Positions 60,716 to 64,000 of a DNA stretch of 64,000 bases are shown in pieces. Source of the DNA: the human T2T-CHM13v2.0 reference genome, Homo sapiens; the NCBI RefSeq assembly GCF_009914755.1, contig NC_060925.1; one strand, given 5' to 3'. Position numbers and translations under genes: made by a program. How positions within the stretch are numbered: position 1 is the stretch's first letter; every line of letters starts with the position of its first letter. The notes under the pieces are model-generated. The model saw only the letters and a program-made list of their open reading frames with translations. It was not told the origin of the DNA and ran no database searches.

Positions 60716-63700
60716 TAATTAAATCAACATTTAATGTGCTCCGAATATGCCTCAGTTTGCAGTCTTTTGTCCTTCTCCTTAGTGATCACATACATTATTC
60801 TGTGTTCAACTACTGCCACTGCGGACACTCCTACATATTTTTTCCTCCACATATGATTTCTCTCTGCAATCTAACTCAATAGCTACTAGACATTTCCATT
60901 TACCTCTCCAAATATTCTCCTACAATAAATATGGTAAGTTTTAGCCTACTCATATATGCCTTTATCTGTGAAGATGGCAGCCATTTTGGCTCTCGTGTTC
61001 TTTCTATCCACACGATTTCCCCCTTCCTCCTGCCGACCCAGGTTGAAGACACATTTCCTTGCCTCTCTCCCCTGTCTCCCCCATCCAAGCTGAAACTTTA
61101 TATTGATGATGTTAGGATAACATCTTTTTCTTTTGATATTTTCCATAAGTCATCAATTATTCTTCAAAAATATAGTGAAATATCATTCATGTATTTTGTT
61201 TCATATATAGAGATGAAAATAGTTTTTATTTGCTTAGAGAAAAGAATACAGAATTTAACTTCAGTGATTTTTTTTTTCATCTTCAGGTAACATTCTTTCA
61301 AATCTGACAGATATCTCACAATGTGCAAAATAAAATGCACTAATAGGATATAGTTAAATTCTATGGCTACACAAAACTAAGCAAGCAACAAACGGATTAG
61401 GATAAAATAGGGTGCCAATCTACTTGAGAAAAATGTTCATGGAAGTTCATCTTTTCTTATGAAAACTTACTGTGCAAAGCTATTGTGTGTATGAAATCTT
61501 TTCATATTTTATTATAAGCTGAGGAACTCTCCACAAATCTGCCCTCTGTTTTAAACTGTGAGATTCTCAAGGAAAAAAGATCATAATTTACTGATATTTG
61601 TATTTTCAGAAATTGCTGGAAATTACCTGGCACATAGAAGATGAACAATAAATTCTTGTTCAATGAGGTGACCACAGGAGTAAGCTTTCTTGATTTCACC
61701 CAGGTATAAATATGTCAAACATCTATTACTGACAAGTTGTTTAAGGGCTAGCACAGGATTCTTTCATACATACAAATTTTCATGGTGTTCACATTGCAAC
61801 AGAGAGGCTATGCATGTATAATAGGTAATCAAAAATCCACATTCCCTTTGCCCCAACACCTCTTTGCTTCTTTGATACCTGTCTGCTTTGCCTACCTGAT
61901 CTCAAACTTCTCTGAGCCCAGAAAGGAGCTGAAGAGACCCTGCCTAGATTGGAGTATTCTCACTCCCAGTATGCTGTCAACATTGTCTTTCTCTGTCTCT
62001 TGAAGTCTCCTTAGGAAGATGGAAACATCTAATTGGATGTGTATATTTGAAGTCTAATTTGGGACCATGGAAAATAAATCTTGAATTCTTGTTTTATACC
62101 CTCCAGATCAAATATGACATTTGTTTATATTTTAAGACAAATATGCTTTTATCTTAAAGCATGCTACAGAAATATTATCATTTATGTCTACTAGATCTCA
62201 CATCATTAGTCTTGTGACAATTTTACATGATTTCTTCATAAAATGAGATGAAAATAAATGTATACATGGTAAAAATCAAGGCCCCAAGAAATAACTAAAG
62301 CATGTGAAGAAACAGTGTTTATTAGGCATACAATAAACCTATGGAAATTTCTTCAATTCTTAGATGAGTTCATTGATTTAAAGATTGTTGCTGTTCAAAA
62401 AATGTGAGTAATTTATAGCTATTTAAATTGAAAATGACACTGAGTGTAATCAAATATCAGGCTTCCAGTTCTACAATAATTGCCTAAAGGGTCAGTTAGA
62501 AGTTGCTTTCCTCTATCAGTTTTGCAGTCTTATACCACTGCTTAGGTACGCTGAACTGTGTGAAGACGATTTAACTAACAGTTCAGAACCTGGAAAAATA
62601 CATGATGCCTTATTTTCTGGAACAGTGATCTGACCCAATCTGGGATGGTAAAATTGATATATAATTTAAGATATGAATACTTAAGAGCAAAGGAGACTGA
62701 TTCAAAAACTTTTGTCCAACTTGAAAATGAATGCTCAATGAATGTTCAAGATCAGAGTGATCCTGCTATTATTGTAAAATGTACATTTATTTATCACTCT
62801 AGTGCTTTTCTAGCTCAGAGTATGCAGTTACTGTGTTTATGTTTAATAACAGCCTTTTATGACAAGCACTGAAGTCTTAGAGTTATCTCATTTTTATTTC
62901 AGACACTATTTGTGATCAAAGTACAAAGCAGAAAAGGTCGCACAATAACCTTAGAATTAAGTTGTTTACATCCCCATATATGAGGCAAAAGTAAGTGAAA
63001 ATAGCAAGGGCACTGTAGGCAGCTTAGATTAGGTTGCGTTCCTACTATCTACTTAAAATGTTTTTATGTTTATTTTTCCCCTAGCACTACTGTTAGCAAT
63101 GTCATTTCAAAACCTAATAAAATTCTTCCATTTAAGTTCTTTCCTTCTAAAATGTTTCATCAATCATAGTAAAACTGTGTGCTCTGTCATGGGGTAATTG
63201 CAAATTGGCATACCAAGGTGGGCATCTACATGTCCTTATACTCCTTATCTTCACACTGGGCAAGGATGACAGCCAATTTATTAGTTGAGATACTGTTAAA
63301 CTCATCAAATAAAATACTGTTTTCTGCTTCTGTAATGTTTTCTGTTATGGTATCAAAGTTGTTTCTTTCAAACATCCATTTAAAAATGACTGTGATAGCA
63401 TTATTTTATTTTTGGAGAGAATAAGTCACTCAATTCTATTTTGTGTCTCTTGTTTTCTCACCTATAAAGTGATTATATTAATTATCCAGCTTTCTAATGT
63501 TCTGTAGAATTGTTTTTAGCAAAAAAGAGACAGTGGCTGTAAATAGTCTTAAAAAAAAAACTGTGAAGCTAAAATATCCTTGGATTTTAATAATTAAAAA
63601 CAGAAATGTACCAAATTCAAAATATAGAAATCCTTTTGATGCTTATAATTATCTAGTCCAGAGTTCTAGTAAAATGCAAATATATATTTTGGGAGTTTTT

Positions 63701-64000
63701 TAAAATTTACAAGCTAAAGTCATTTAACTCTTAAATCTTGAAAGCAATCATATAAATGTGACCCAATAAAACTAATTTGTATGATACTTTGTTATAAGAA
63801 TAAAATTTAGGCAAAAAACTGACGGATCATTCAATATTAACTATGCTAGAAAAAGAAATATTTGGAGCATTAACTCCTTGTACTTGCTTGTTTATAGTAT
63901 ACAAACTTTGCAGACTAATAGAAGATAAAGCACATAGAACAACACGCTAACATTACACTTATTTCCTGGGAGTTACCCAAACAATCAAGTGTTAATTTAA

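Overview
AT-rich primate (human or great ape) genomic DNA lying entirely inside ADGRL4 (ELTD1), an adhesion GPCR gene transcribed on the - strand. Ten coding exons (exons 3-12 by recalled human numbering, 1577 nt total, all GT-AG and in frame) encode EGF-Ca, GAIN/GPS and TM1 into TM5. The first two and last exons lie outside the window. Introns hold Alu, L1PA, L2, MIR, HAL1, MaLR/ERV LTRs, MER elements and a near full-length Tigger1. There is no prokaryotic system, CRISPR array, RNA gene or CpG-island promoter. Two highlights: (1) an intact extra EGF-Ca exon (38166-38315) whose last base is T, which weakens its donor and creates a TAA stop exactly at the junction with the next exon; (2) a heavily decayed ~1.3 kb TOPORS/TOPORSL-like gene copy in intron 12 (~13300-14610), missed by the ORF track. 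Family and subfamily names come from recalled consensus sequences, not database searches. Boundaries of old repeats are approximate.
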